Shown piece after piece: positions 12,901 through 30,350 of a DNA stretch of 64,000 bases. This DNA is from Bugula neritina (Eukaryota; Animalia; Bryozoa). Location: contig OZ037766.1 of NCBI GenBank assembly GCA_964035545.1, positions 15,428,722 through 15,492,721 of the forward strand, in the 5' to 3' direction. The notes under the pieces are model-generated. The model was not told where the DNA came from and made no database searches. It saw nothing but the letters and a program-made list of their open reading frames with translations. The translations under genes and the position numbers were made by a program. Positions within the stretch are counted from its first letter, which is position 1; each line of letters opens with the position of its first letter.

Positions 12901-15900
12901 ATTTCTGTGCTGGATATCTGTTTATTAGACAGTTTGTTACATCAGCTTGTGATATTATTTGTCTACTGGTTCATACTCTGGTTCATAAGATTCTTGTTAT
13001 TTTAACACATAATTGGCTCTTCATGCAACTCACTACAATGTACACCGTGTTACTCAGGTACCTCATAGCTAGGCAGTTGTTAGCAACTCATGGTGAAGCA
13101 TACATCAAAGACCTTCTCAATACTCCACGTCGTTTCCTGGTACATAATGATCTGAAAAGAGATTTGGAATCTTTCACTGTACCAGATGTTCTGTCTGTGT
13201 TGGGAGATCGAGAAAGATACAACCAGATAAAAACTTCTGTAGATGAAATCATTGCTCAGTCCAACAATGAACAGCAGCTAACTGCTGCAATCACTGCTTT
13301 TGTCCAGGTGGGCCCTGGAAGGTTATAACATTGTTTATCAATTCGAAATAATATTTAAGCTATTAACTGATTATCAACTGCTCCGTAAATGGATTGTGCA
13401 GTTACTGTTGTATTTATAGACCTGTGCCAACCAATCACATTTGATGTTACAAGTGTTGTTCAACAGAATAACTCGCACCTTTGCTCAAAGAGTTCCAGTT
13501 CCTCAGCATATTCCGACATTATTACTTCAACACCTCACTCCAACTCTTGATAATCAACACAGAGTAAGTAACTGAAATGTTACTGGATGCTGTTATATTA
13601 TATTGGGTTGTAGTGACGTCTATTCCATGATTCCAATTTTTAGAGTCTTGCTGGTTAAAGAAGTTGGTTTTACTGACATTATTTCTTTTCTTAAGTTGCT
13701 AGATTAAAAACTATTTAACTAAGTACTTTGGGCAGTCAAACTTGTTTTTGTGTCGTTCATGAGCTTCCTAATTCTGATAGCTTTTAAAGCTTTTGTAATT
13801 TTATTTCTTTATAAATTATTTTACCAGTTAGCACCCAGTCCTATTTATCTTTACAGCAGACAATTTGATTATATTGATTTTTTGTTACTTCTGACTATTT
13901 TGCAGATTTTGCTGGAGATGTTACTGCAAGACAATCGACTATCCAGAGAGATGGACGTGAAACAGTCTAAAGGAATTAACTTGTCTATGTTAGTTCTAAA
14001 CTTGTACAGTTGTCTGTGTAGTGGAGGTGTCATGGCTGATCTGTATCCTCTCTCTGAGATCATCAGCCAACCACTTCAGGCTGCGGTATGTTTATTCTAT
14101 TGCTGCATATTTTTAAATGTTGGAATGCTCTAAAATTCACATCAGTTTTCTTAGAAATTTTAAAGACAGAATAGGCAGAGTCAGTTTCATTGCTGAATAG
14201 ATATGTGTACACATGCATATGAAAATGCACACACATGCACATGCACAAACTGTGTGAAATGTAAACTTCTATTTGCTAAAGTTGTGCCAAACATGGTTTA
14301 GCTGTATGGTTCAATATGTATTTACAGCTCTACTCAGTCAAAAAGGTCCTCCAATGTGTATTGTTGATTATTTACAGCCTAGTACCTTGTAATAAATATA
14401 AATAACTGGTTGGAAACTAAATATATTAGAAACTTTCTTGACAGTCACTTAGTTGGGAGGTGTTAACAGTTTTGAGACAATGCATACAAATCTAGTGCAA
14501 AGCTCATGCATCGCTCATCCAATGCTCGTCCAATGCTCATGCAACGGTACAATGTGTTTATTTAATGTTGGTATTACTTTTACTGTGCTCAGACTAACAG
14601 CTACGTAATGACTCACTACAGCATATATGATTGATTGGCGGCTGGTTTTAGGAGCACTTCCTGCCAACTATGGTTGACAATCAGTTGGAAGCTCATCAGG
14701 ACGAGATTCGAAGAGCTTTACAGACTCCAAATGAAAATCCTAGTCCATATAGTAAGTTAGTAAATGAAATTTAGATGCCTATTCTTGTTCATTTGAGGTA
14801 GCTGTTTTAGTTTTGTGTTTCTGTCAGAATAATATAAGATGATTAAATATTTCTTAGCTCAAGTACGCTGCAATTGGAAAGATAAGGTACATAACTCTGT
14901 CCCATTTTTCTAGAAAGTTCTTTCAGCAGATTAGAGTATTTGATGAACGTATTATTAAAAATGCATGTTACATATTACATAGCAAAATTCCAGAATTTGA
15001 AGCTAAAAACAATATATCTGTTGCATTTTGTCAATATTATTATAACAAATGCTAGTTACCCACTAATTTGCTTACACACCGAGTATAATGTTCAACTCTC
15101 TTGGCAATTATGTGGTGCGTTTTTTAAAAACAGTTGAACTTTAAAGATTAATTGAAGTTCTAAAATAGAAATTGTTTTCTTTAGTAATTTTGGACAATAT
15201 TAATTCCCCCCCCCCCCCCCAAAGGGCCATTCTTGTATTTTGGTTTTAAATGTTTAGGTTTTAAACTATGTTCATGGCAGAAATGTTAGTTTTTATTAAG
15301 TGTTTTTTATATTTAGAGTTTTGCTACTCTACAAGCTTTAAAAAGCTATAAAAATCTTTCAGAGAAAAAGCTGTAAAAAGCTTTCAATTAAATAGTTCAT
15401 ATTTTTTGTATATACTGTCTACTCTCTCTGTACTACTTAATTATCTAACACATATTGATATTAAACTTACGTATTATAATCCTATAGGTTTGATGCTTGG
15501 CTATTTTTACTAGTAAATAGCTTTTAAGCTAAAATTACTTGTTAGGATCCTGTTTGTCTGAACACATATTATTTTTGCTTTAACATATTAGTTAGCTGTT
15601 ACAACTACTACTAACTGTAGCTCTACAATGTTATATCTGTCAATTTATCATTAATTGTGTACTTAGCGGCTCATGTTAATAATGTTAATAATATGTCCTT
15701 TGCGTGTGTACTTATGCTCCTACCATTATACTTACTGTTTTAGCATGTCCAAACGGCCACCCCTACTTTATTGGCAATGTAAGTTTTTAATTAGTTATTA
15801 TTTAGTGTCAGGTCTTTTTTATTAATATAGAAATTGTTATAATGAGGCACAAGTATTTTTAAGTATTATTTGAATGGATTAGTTTTTATATAAAAAAGTC

Positions 15901-18900
15901 CCAAATCTATGCCCACAGATGTTTGCTTCTGCCTTTCAAATTTGATAATGTGAAATAATGAACTAGTCAACTAATTGAAAAGCTGTTACATGTGTATGCA
16001 TGTGCATGTCATTGAGTTGAGGCAGTTTTAATCTGGTATTTGTAAAGATTTTAGGTAAGAACGGCACAGGTAAGAATAGCACAGGTAAAAATGGCACAAA
16101 TGGAAAAGTAGGTAAAAGTGTCACACTGGTGTTAAATTTTCCCAAACCTCAAACTCAAATCCCCAAACCCTCAAACCTAAACCCCTACCCTAAATCTTCA
16201 ATCCCCCACCCCAAACCCTTATCATGAAGTGTGCCATGTTTACCTGTATCATTGTTACTGGATACCATTTATAACATTTCAATGGTCTATTACTTAGTGT
16301 GGTCGACCTAATGGATTGGGCCAGTGTCCAGAATGTCGAGCTAATATTGGCGGTCACAACCATGCTGCTCAAGGTGGAAATAGACGTTTGGAATCCAATG
16401 ATTTGTGAGTTTTTCTGCTTTTTCCAACACAGTAGTATTTATACAATACCTTGACTTTATCTTCTGCATAGAGTTAGAAATGACATATTTTTATTAGCAG
16501 TTAACAAGTTAGCTTGTGATTTATATGGGCAGATTACTGTGACTCTTATATTTTAGCTTACAAAGAACTGTAATGAAAGTAGTCCTAAAAGTAAAATTAG
16601 TCAATTAATGGGTCATTTTGTGTCATTGTAGTTGTGTAAGTCGATACTAGACAGGTAGTAGACTCACACAGGTTTGGGTTTTTCAGTTCCATTGAGTAAA
16701 TTTTCTAGTCTGTTGATTTATTGTTATATGCTGCTTGTGCAGAGCTGCCAGAACTCAACCCGGTCATATGCTCGGCACGGCAGACGGTAGAAACCGAGCT
16801 GCTGCTCCTGAGAGAGACTTGAATTCTCTTTCCTGTGCTGTGTTGAGGTGTTTGACACATCTGAGTATGTACACAGCTAGTCTGTTCAACATTCAGCATG
16901 TAAGTCATGTCTGTTTAATATATTTTATTATTAACCTACAGTTTACACTTACTATTAAGTATGTACACAGCTAGTCTGTTCAACATACAGTTATCTTTGT
17001 ATAACTCAGGTATATCAAATGATTCACCCAAACTTAGCAAGAGTAGAGGAAGTTCGACCATTCATAGATGCTCACATACAGTTAGACTTACAACAGATTG
17101 CTCAGTGTTGTGCTGAGAGTACAGATGATTGTATTCTACTACTTCATGATGTCATCAACAGGATGAAACAAGGTGTGTACAAATCTGGTCTTTGATTTAT
17201 TAACATCAATATTTATATACCATTAATGCTACTCAAACCAATATGTACGAGTATTGGATTTTAAGTTTTGAAAGTCAGTACTTTATGTCATTTGGCTTCT
17301 GCACAATAATATCTAATAAAAGCTGTTTTACATATGACATTTTTTCTGGCTAGATCTGCAAACATGGAGTTTATTTGGGTCAGTTTTTAGCTATGTTTTG
17401 CTCCGTGCCAGTACTAGTTGGCACCATTCTATCAGCCCAGTTGATTTCTTCAAGCTTCTTGTATTCTACTCAAACTTGGTCTAGTAGTTCAGTAGACACA
17501 TTCTGATGTTTTTATAGCTAATCGCAGGGGAGCTGCTCACACACTTGGCTCTATAGCTGCAAGGAAGCAGTGGGAGAAACAGTTTGATAATGATTATATT
17601 AACCCTTCTTTTCATAATAAGGTAATTAAACAAACCTATGCACATTACAGTTGCCTAATTTCTATGTCTTGCAGTTTTCTCATAAACACTAGACCAAAGG
17701 CTAGAGTTTTTCAATCTATGCATGCAGAGTTTGGAAACAGTGTTGAAACTGTATGGTAACTGCAACCCTTTTGTCAATTGAGTTTGAAATGTTATGACTC
17801 CTTCGAATGCAGTGCTTATTGACATTTGTGAATGTTCTCAACTTTATTAGCACTGCTTAACCTTGTGGTTAGCTTTTAAGAAAATACAGCAGCTGCTTTT
17901 CGCTTTTAATTTTCTAGATATTCAGGCAAACTTAAAATTGCACGTGGTGCTTAAAATTTTGCAATGATCAAACCCCTATGAAAATAATAGAATGATATGG
18001 TAGTGTCTGTAGACCTGTTTATTTCTTGCAGAAAGAGCTTAGGTTTTATAAATATAATATTTTTCAATTTATATGTAGATCAAAACTTTTACAAGGCTAC
18101 AAAATAGAAACAGAAAGAGTAAGGCTACAAGTTCTGTGCCTTGTATATTAAGAGAATCTGCTGAGGTTGAATGTCCACAATAGTTTTTGACGCTGTATTT
18201 ACAAATATAGGAACAGGTGGAGATAAATGTTAAATTTTTAAACTCTACATAGTTTATATTACAAATTTATTTGCTGAAAATCCCTATTGTTTCTATAAAC
18301 TGTAGCAGGTTGTTGCAAGATGCAAATCTAATTGTGCTTCTACGTCTATAAATCAGGAATATATCTCTGTAGTCTATCATGTCTCTCGTAGCGTAGAGTA
18401 GACTCCTAATAAGATCATCATGTAATATCCTATTCTAAAGTTAGATTATTGATAGTAGAGATGAGCACCATACTTGTGAAATTATTTTAAATTGCTAAAG
18501 TCTAAAAGCAAGAAGTTGAAATCTCAACATTTGTTTGAAGAATTTTATTTGAAGTTGTGGAGATCATAAACTTAAACAATCTATGGCCATGAAGTGATCA
18601 TTTCAATGATTTGTTTGATGAATCAGTGATATTTAATATTTGTATCTTTAGACTCAGAGAATAGAGGATGTGAGGGGTAGACTGAGAACTGCTGATACTG
18701 TTGATCTCAGACGACTTCTCTCTACAGCACAACAACCAGCAGACGTCTCAAATGTATCATCCTTGCCTGGTCTGTGGGGTTTCAAACGTCCACTTTCTCT
18801 GGCGATGGTTCAAAACCACCTCAGCAATGAGCAGGTAATACTCGTGCATTCAACCAATATATGCTTAGATAACACTGGGCTATGCTATAAAAATGTGAAT

Positions 18901-21673
18901 CCTCTAAGAGCCAAGTCGCTTTCTATGAAACAAGTCTGGTATTGCTTGTTATGTATTTGTAGGGATGTTCGGCTCTCAAGAATTTCATTGGGTTCAGTGA
19001 AGTACTTGTAGCTGTTCAACACTTGCCAAACATCCTGCAGTTGCTCAAGATAGTCAGTGGCAGCTTCCATGGTGAAATAAGTAGAGACTATGCAACGTCC
19101 AAACAGGTTGGCGATTTCTGCAGACGGCAAGAAAGAGAAATTCCTGAGTTGAAGAATTTAGTAAACAGCTTTATTCTAGCCTGGAATTCCATGGTTACAT
19201 ATAACCGAAGTGGTAAGCTGTTTGATCACATTGAGTAATACTTACCTGTTCTTCACTATTATGCTGTTAAGGTTTTATTTATCTCTCTATTGGTTTGTAG
19301 TCGGAGATGAACAAGTTCCAGAATTATTGAGCACCCACTCCATGTTGGCTGAGTTTTTAGCTGATCCGTACGTTGCTAGGAGACCCCTTGATCAGAAGAC
19401 CTATGGTCAAGCTCCTTATGAACTTGTCCAGTTCCTTACCGATGTTAGTAACAGAATGCTCATTGCTGACAAAGACACTCATCTCACTTTCCGCACATAC
19501 AGGTCAGTTCAATATGCTCTGGTCTTTCTTATGACGTGATGTACTGTAAGCAATAGTTTAACTCACCTTGCTAAACGTTTCAGGGTTCTTTTAGTGTATT
19601 TTCTATATGCATCTATAGTTTGATTTAAAATTGTTATACTCTATTGGTGGAAAGTTGAATTTTTGTCTGGTTCTCATCAACTAAAATAAACTTTTTTATT
19701 AGTTAATGCTGAAAATAAGAAACAACTACTTATTGCTTATGCCCTACAAGTTAATCAGATTAACTGTGAACATTGTACAAATCATCATCAGGGGATCTTC
19801 TTACCAAGAATATTTGCTTTGCATGTGCCATTATTATGGCCAGTTCTAACATTAACATTGCTTGAGCTAAAACTATTTAGCACTATATACAGCATTTTGC
19901 AAAGAATACTCTATGCATGACTCTGCATGCACATCTAAAAGAAATTATGGTTGTGTTTACAAGCAAAAAAGCATAAATGAAGGCCTTGCAATTTTATTAT
20001 GACAAAATAAGTATTACTGTATATTCTTTTGTTGTAGAGCACCAGTGCCAATTATGGATGTGAAATCAGCTGACATCATCAGTTTGTCTAGTGGAGATGA
20101 GCTTCTCAACCTCATACAGTCTCACAGTGAATATGAGTTAAGGGAGACAACTTCTGTTACATACAACTGGCCAGCTATAGAGAGAGAAGTAATACACAGA
20201 TATATCAGTAACAAACCAAGGATTGAGTTCAGCAGAGATCAGCTGCCATTTTATGTCTATCAAGAAGATTTTAATCTTCACAATCAGATGCAGACAATCA
20301 GTGACAGTCAGGTTGGTATTGGACACATGTCACTAAGTTCTCTTTTTAAATTAACTTATCATGTTTTATGGTTATAGTTTTGTTTTTAAATTAAAAAGAT
20401 TTAAGCTGTTCTTATTGTTAATGTTCCTACTAATTTATATCCAGCTTTCTGTTTTAACATACATCCTTTTATCATTGTAGCAAAATCTTTCCGCAACTCA
20501 GATGCAATCTGTAGTTCGACTGCTGCCACGCACCCATGTGGCAAGTCTGAAAGGTAAGCTCAAAGAACTGGAGGTCATCATAAACTTCCTGTCACTCAAA
20601 ACACACATTGAAGGAGAGAATTCATTGGCTGAGTACATGAAGGAAACATTTGGTCGAGAGCCGGAGTACTTGTCACAGGAAATCGGAATTAAACACGTCA
20701 AACATGTTTGGCTGCTGTTGAAGTACGCACAGACAGACCTGCTTATGAAGCAGAAACAGGTATAGTTGGTGTAATGACTATGCCGCAGATTTTGTGGTCG
20801 GACTTATTTTCAATATTATCACCAGGTTCATGTTATTTTAAGTATCTCATGCAGACCCGGTTATGAAGCAGAAGCAGGTATAGTTGTTTTTGTTTGTTTT
20901 TTTTTTTTAAAAAAACATTCATGTATGTTTGGTGATTTAGTGCTGTTGAAATTTTTTAATTTGCAGTATTTTACGTTGAAAACTATTCTATATTATTTAA
21001 TTTACTTATGAATACAGTTTTTACTGTATTTGTTTGAGTAAGAAGCAATTATGGTCTCTTAGTTACCAAACTGTGCTGTTAAGGAAAGCCATTCAATATA
21101 CTGTTTCTGTGACATCGTAAAGATCTAAAAACATGTTTCTGGCATGGTTAGAGGCACAGTCCTCATCCTGCTTAAACTTCTCATAGTGATATAAACATTG
21201 AAGTGCAAAAAAAGTTATATTTTGAATGTAGGAGCCATTTGGTGGAATTGATCCACAGAATACAGAAGCTCTGACTGAACCCCTTCCGACACAACTAAAC
21301 AAGTGCTGTGTGTTTGAAAGTCCTAAAACTAGGCTTCTTCTTAGAGAACTGTTTGCCTACATCATTCTCAGACTAAATAAAGCTGCCATTAACCAGGAAG
21401 CTGAGCAGCCCGACAGAGCGTAAGTATTATATAAATACACTAGAGTATGTAACGCTAAAGCATGTAACCAGTTTATAGATATATAATTTGATTATTATTA
21501 CTATTTGTAGGTTAGGAGAGGCTCTTCAAGAATTCATAATGTATAGAAGTAATTATGACGAAGAGGAATCTTATCAACTCGTTAATGAATTACCAACTTT
21601 ACCTGAAGACTTGATGGTTAAACATGCAGCTAAAGCATGGTGTCACATTTGGAGACGATTTTCTGTTGCTTAA
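740..21673 (+). CDS. RNF213: RNF213/mysterin-like E3 ubiquitin ligase, 3' portion (end of AAA+ core, E3 module, RING, RZ finger, C-terminal domain); 5' part lies upstream of the window
   Basis: 34 GT-AG exons join in one frame (5,965 nt): 740-940, 1193-1316, 1403-1597, 2017-2156, 2352-2551, 2670-2791, 2897-3080, 3686-3821, 4204-4420, 6434-6572, 7581-7732, 7925-8125, 9501-9658, 10020-10137, 10679-10788, 11091-11261, 11926-12283, 12625-12884, 13058-13307, 13420-13563, 13906-14085, 14652-14751, 15744-15778, 16298-16404, 16743-16899, 17010-17172, 17518-17621, 18652-18834, 18963-19212, 19301-19502, 20038-20311, 20481-20759, 21232-21419, 21511-21673 (TAA). RNF213 family motifs occur in the expected order: FIGY, LQCATGEAVLRL, GGKWKSVHIDD, ALAAVISFID, LPFSW, RING, VDPTPVLRSFLLKLLL, FLPTM, CPNGH...CGRP...CPEC..IGG..H, RTQPGHMLG. 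Confidence 0.93.
3110..3559. mobile_element. Foldback/MITE (Mutator-like), long inverted arms with 15-bp subrepeats
   Basis: The element is nearly palindromic (ttcgaaaatg...cattttcgaa; ggaaaatagacaatt repeats) and is flanked by gtataattg at 3101-3109 and 3560-3568 (8-9 bp TSD). Confidence 0.8.
3838..3962. repeat. 29-bp minisatellite, ~4.3 copies
   Basis: Unit tagtcacttgatattcattactcactcct. Confidence 0.85.
4864..5350. mobile_element. Second copy of the foldback/MITE family at 3110-3559
   Basis: Colinear similarity with 3110-3559; palindromic arms; TSD tgtatttag (4855-4863) / tatatttag (5351-5359). Confidence 0.8.
8812..9031. repeat. 12-bp minisatellite (GTGGCTAAGTGA)n, ~18 copies
   Basis: Nearly perfect array inside an RNF213 intron. 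Confidence 0.97.
11091..11261 (+). other. Canonical C3HC4 RING exon of RNF213-like protein (phase 2-2, 57 codons)
   Basis: GCPSHCPMCQKSLDTPVRLPCGHMLCDSCLTDRRLCKVCGKEVPADF, followed by RRRINNFFVAFVSDMVF as in RNF213. Confidence 0.92.
12335..12537 (-). mobile_element. tRNA-derived SINE with 15-bp TSD
   Basis: Minus strand begins gggagcagccgtggtctaggcgctgg (A-box-like) and contains gggttccagc (B-box-like). TSD tcattaacacaaata at 12320-12334 and 12538-12552. Confidence 0.8.
15744..16404 (+). other. RZ finger (RNF213/ZNFX1 type) encoded by a 35-nt micro-exon plus a 107-nt exon
   Basis: TCPNGHPYFIGN|CGRPNGLGQCPECRANIGGHNHAAQGGN, with consensus splice sites (tag|cat, aat|gtaagt, ttag|tgt). Confidence 0.9.
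16035..16266. mobile_element. Foldback-type non-autonomous element with 15-bp subterminal repeats and a C-rich (cccaaa/cctaaa) core
   Basis: ggtaa(a/g)aat(a/g)gcaca repeats on the left, inverted tgtgccatgtttacc on the right; homologous to 41130-41460 in the opposite orientation. Confidence 0.7.
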
Positions 21674-21874
21674 TCAATCATGACAGTATGCAACACATAA
21701 TTTTTATTTTACTTTATTTTTGAAGATATTGTAGCATTAATTTTTCTGTTATTTTTATAAAGCAGCTACCTATTAGCAGCACTTTTTAAAGTTTACCAAT
21801 GCTTACTATGAATTACTTTTTGCAGCACAGATATATTTTATTTTTTATTATTACATCTTTCTTTTGTTTGATTG

Positions 21875-21880
21875 AATAAA
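21875..21880 (+). terminator. Putative polyadenylation signal of RNF213-like gene
   Basis: AATAAA ~200 nt after the stop codon. Confidence 0.5.
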
Positions 21881-22372
21881 AAATTAGTTATGCATCAGTG
21901 AGATCGTTTTCAATGGATGCAACAGAACTTAATAAGGTGTAAGAGCTTCATGTCATATTACAATCGTTGCTCAATAATTCATAAAATATCCGTGTCTGAA
22001 CCTAAATAGCAATACAATATAATATATGATTACGAAGTTAGCATTTCCATATGTAAGGATAAATATTTTCCTAATATCTTAAAAAACTATGGTCAATGTT
22101 ACTAGCCACAAATATCAAAACTTGTTTCTATGACCACCATTGCTTAACATTCAGGTTGTTGAACTCAGCTCAAAACCTGTTCAAAGTGAATGTTGGGCTA
22201 TTTACTAACAGATCCTTGAAATTTGTTAAAACATAATTTTGTGCAATTTGATCTTATAGCTTCTTAACTGCTATGTCTTACTAACCTCAAAATGCAGGTG
22301 TCCGGTGATATATATTTAATGATGGCTCTGATACTGATATGATTTCATCAAATAAATCAAAGCTGAAAAGTT

Positions 22373-22378
<6 letters not shown>

Positions 22379-22438
<60 letters not shown>
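22379..22438. repeat. (TA)n microsatellite
   Basis: Perfect TA run. Confidence 0.97.
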
Positions 22439-22443
<5 letters not shown>

Positions 22444-22556
22444 TATATGAGAAACATTTTGTTTTTCTTACTTTATTAATCAAAGTAAACTGATAAATCG
22501 GCCACCACTGTGTCCATCTTCAGTGTGATAGACGACACCCTGTTCCGCCTACATAG

Positions 22557-23230
22557 GTTTGTATACAGGAAGTTTCAGGGCAGGTTATTTTGTATACTAT
22601 ATTGTGTTTTGTATTTGTTTATGTCTTTAATGTAGAAATGTGAGCTCAAAGGAGTTTCTTTAAATACAAGCTCACATTCCAACATTAAAGACAAAGCAAA
22701 TAAAGAATGTTTACATAATATAGTCCACAAAATGACCTGCCCTGAAACTTCATGTATACAAACCTATATAGGCAAGACAGGGTGTCACCTATCACACAGT
22801 ATAAATGAACATTGCCATGACACTTAGCCTAGGGCCACACTGTACGTATTTTCGCATGCAAAAATTGAAATCACAAGTAGCAAAGGTGTCCACTGTACGT
22901 GTTGAGAAAACATTCGCACTTGTCGCTCAGCATTCTCAACACAAGTGCGAATCGTCTCTGTCGTCGTCACCTAATTGGCTGGTAGTTATTCAGCGAACCC
23001 AATTTCTTTATTTTAGTGCTACATTCTAGTAAATTGCGTTTTATTGAAAGCGAGTGCGATTTAAAAATGAAAGCTTTATTTATCACGCATCACTGACGCT
23101 ACAGCGGACGCCTTTGCTATTTGTGGTTTCAATTTTCGCATGCGAAAATACGCACAGTGTGGCCCTAGGCTAATTCAAAAATTTATTAACATATCTCTAC
23201 TAATTTTCACTTAAACAGGCTAGCAGCTTA
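22557..23230 (+). mobile_element. Penelope-like retroelement fragment (GIY-YIG endonuclease), interrupted by a MITE
   Basis: Same sequence as 31544-31870, with a 344-bp MITE inserted at 22827. Confidence 0.7.
22827..23170 (+). mobile_element. 344-bp MITE (PIF/Harbinger-Tourist-like)
   Basis: ~70-bp TIRs gcctagggccacactgt.cgtattttcgcatgc.aaaattgaaa...; flanked by TTA/TAA; absent at the paralogous site in copy B (31801-31820). Confidence 0.9.
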
Positions 23231-23632
23231 AATAAGAATAGGTAAACGAGAAACATTTTATTTATTTATTACTTTATTGATCAAAGTAAACTAATATTTA
23301 AGGCATCACTGTTTCCATATCAGAGTTTTACATTGAATAAAATTTAAAAGTCACAACGTTCCATTGAACTGTGTGCATAACGTAGCAACATAAGGTAAAA
23401 AAGGTGTGAAATTTATTTTCAATTGATTAAGCCATTGAAAATGATGACATTTTAAATTTTATTAAGCAATAGTCTTCGTACTTTGTTCTGTGCTGATAGA
23501 GGGACAAACTCCAAAACAACTGCTATACACAGGTTGAGTTATTTATATATATGTATGCGTGTATGCATGCATGTGCGTGCGTGTGTAAATTGGAATATGC
23601 ACCTTATCATGATGCACGTCTGAAATGCTTAT

Positions 23633-28327
<4,695 letters not shown>

Positions 28328-29351
28328 GGTGTACTTTATATTTTGCTTCAGAGTATCAACAGAAATGCATGTGTAATTTTGTTCTTTCCATTATATACCA
28401 AGATCCGACATGACACGGAAATATAATTGTTATGGAAAACAAAGATGTTACATGCATGAATAATTTAGTACAGCAAGGTATGAGATGTTGACCACACCTT
28501 TGGCTCTAATTTCTGAGGTTTTTTTTAGCTTCAAACAAGTTATACAATGAAGTGCTTTATTTGTGCTTTTACTGTCTAAGTTTTAGCCAATCCATTTCAA
28601 ACAAAATATAAAAACATTTTACTCCGAAGGCAAAGTTAACACCTGATTAACTGTTTTGTTGTTGTAAACCACTAAAATAAAGCATCCATATAATATTTCG
28701 TAAACATGTTGAAAGATATTCTTTAAATAATAAAAGTAGTTTAAACCAAAAAGTAAAAGAATACAGTTTCATTTATATAATGTTTACAATAAATGCAAGT
28801 TTGTCTGCTAGCTTCGCTGCAAATCTTATTTAGGCTAATTGGTATCTCTACTAAACATTTTTGCTTTTTAATAATCTTCTGTTTTAATGAATTTTTACAA
28901 CCTATTATCTTCAATTTGCACAGGTTAATTATTTAAATGTGGCAGTATTAACTAAAGGTTTGGCAAAGTAATATATTTGTACTCCTCTTTGGTGTCAAGT
29001 AATGCAGCTATTTTTTTAAAAAAATTGAACAAATTGGTGGTCAATACATACATTGAAACACAGCAATAACTGAGTAAAAGAATGCCACGACTAATTAGTG
29101 TTGGATTTATATAATAATATCAAATTTAGCTTTTATTTGTAGCAATAGAGCTATAAACAAGCCTGTGCCAGACAATATACAGAAAGTCATAGAATAGCTA
29201 ACATTGTTATAAAACTTCAGTCATAGTTGTAATGATGCGTGCTTGTCCTTTACAGCTTAGCATAATACAGCAAATGCTTGTATTGTTTTTGAAATGTCTG
29301 GACACAAATCTTTCCTTGTTCGCAGCAAAGGATACTAGAAATAAGGTGTTA

Positions 29352-30350
29352 GCCTAGGGCCACACTGTGCGTATTTTCGCATGCGAAAATTGAAATCACA
29401 AGTAGCAAAGGTGTCCACTGTGCGCGTTGAGAAATCATTCGCACTTGTCGCTCTGCATTTTCAACGCAAGTGCGAATCGTCTCTGTCGTCGTCACTTAAT
29501 TGGCTGGTAGTTAATAAGCGAGCCCAATTTCTTTATTTTAGTGCTAAATTCCAGTAAATTGCGTTTTATTGAAAGCGAGTGCGATTTAAAAATGAAAGCT
29601 TTATTTATCACGCATCACTGACGCTACAGTGGACGCCTTTGCTACTTGTGGTTTCAATTTTCGCATGCGAAAATACGCACCGTGTGGCCCTAGGCTTACT
29701 GTAAGAGTAAGACTAAGCCTAGGGCCACACTGTGCGTATTTTCGCATGCGAAAATTAAAATCATGAGTAGCAAAGGTGTCCACTGTAGCGTCAGTGATGC
29801 GTGATAAATAAAGCTTTCATTTTTAAATCGCACTCGCTTTCAATAAAACGCAATTTACTGGAATATAGCACTAAATAAAGAAATTGGGCTCGCTGAATAG
29901 CTACCAGCCAATTAGGTGACGACGACAGAGACGATTCGCACTTGCGTTGAAAATGCAGAGCGACAAGTGCGAAGGTTTTCTCAACGCGCACAGTGGACAC
30001 CTTTGCTACTTGTGATTTCAATTTTCGCATGCGAAAATACGCGCCGTGTGGCCCTAGGCTTAGCCTAGGGCCACACGGTGCGTATTTTCGCATGCGAAAA
30101 TTGAAATCAGCATTCTCAACGCAAGTGCGAATCGTCTCTGTCATCGTCACCTAATTGGCTGGTAGTTATTCAGAGAGCTCAACTTCTTTAATTTAGTGCT
30201 ACATTCCAGTAAATTGCGTTTTATTGAAAGCGCGTGCGATTTAACAATGAAAGCTTTATTTATCACGCATCACTGACGCTACAGTGGACACCTTTGCTAC
30301 TACTGATTTCAATTTTCGCATGCGAGAATACGCACCGTGTGGCCCTAGGC
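29352..30350. mobile_element. Cluster of three Harbinger-like MITEs (29352-29695 forward, 29717-30059 reverse, 30063-30350 forward with internal deletion)
   Basis: Each is bounded by gcctagggccacac...gtgtggccctaggc with TTA/TAA spacers; the whole cluster is absent from copy B (39091-39110). Confidence 0.92.

Noticed and set aside
23350-23530. Possible sixth exon of the LDLa gene via donor gat t|gtaag near 23652
   Set aside because: The donor is weakened in copy B (gtaaaa), the downstream frame differs between copies, and the read-through stop is conserved. Not excluded without transcripts.
29352-30350. CRISPR-like or coding interpretation of the repeated palindromic units and ORFs 29601-29783 / 29791-30150
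   Set aside because: Eukaryotic context. The units are TIRs of a dispersed MITE with identical internal sequence, not unique spacers, and the ORFs have no transposase motifs.
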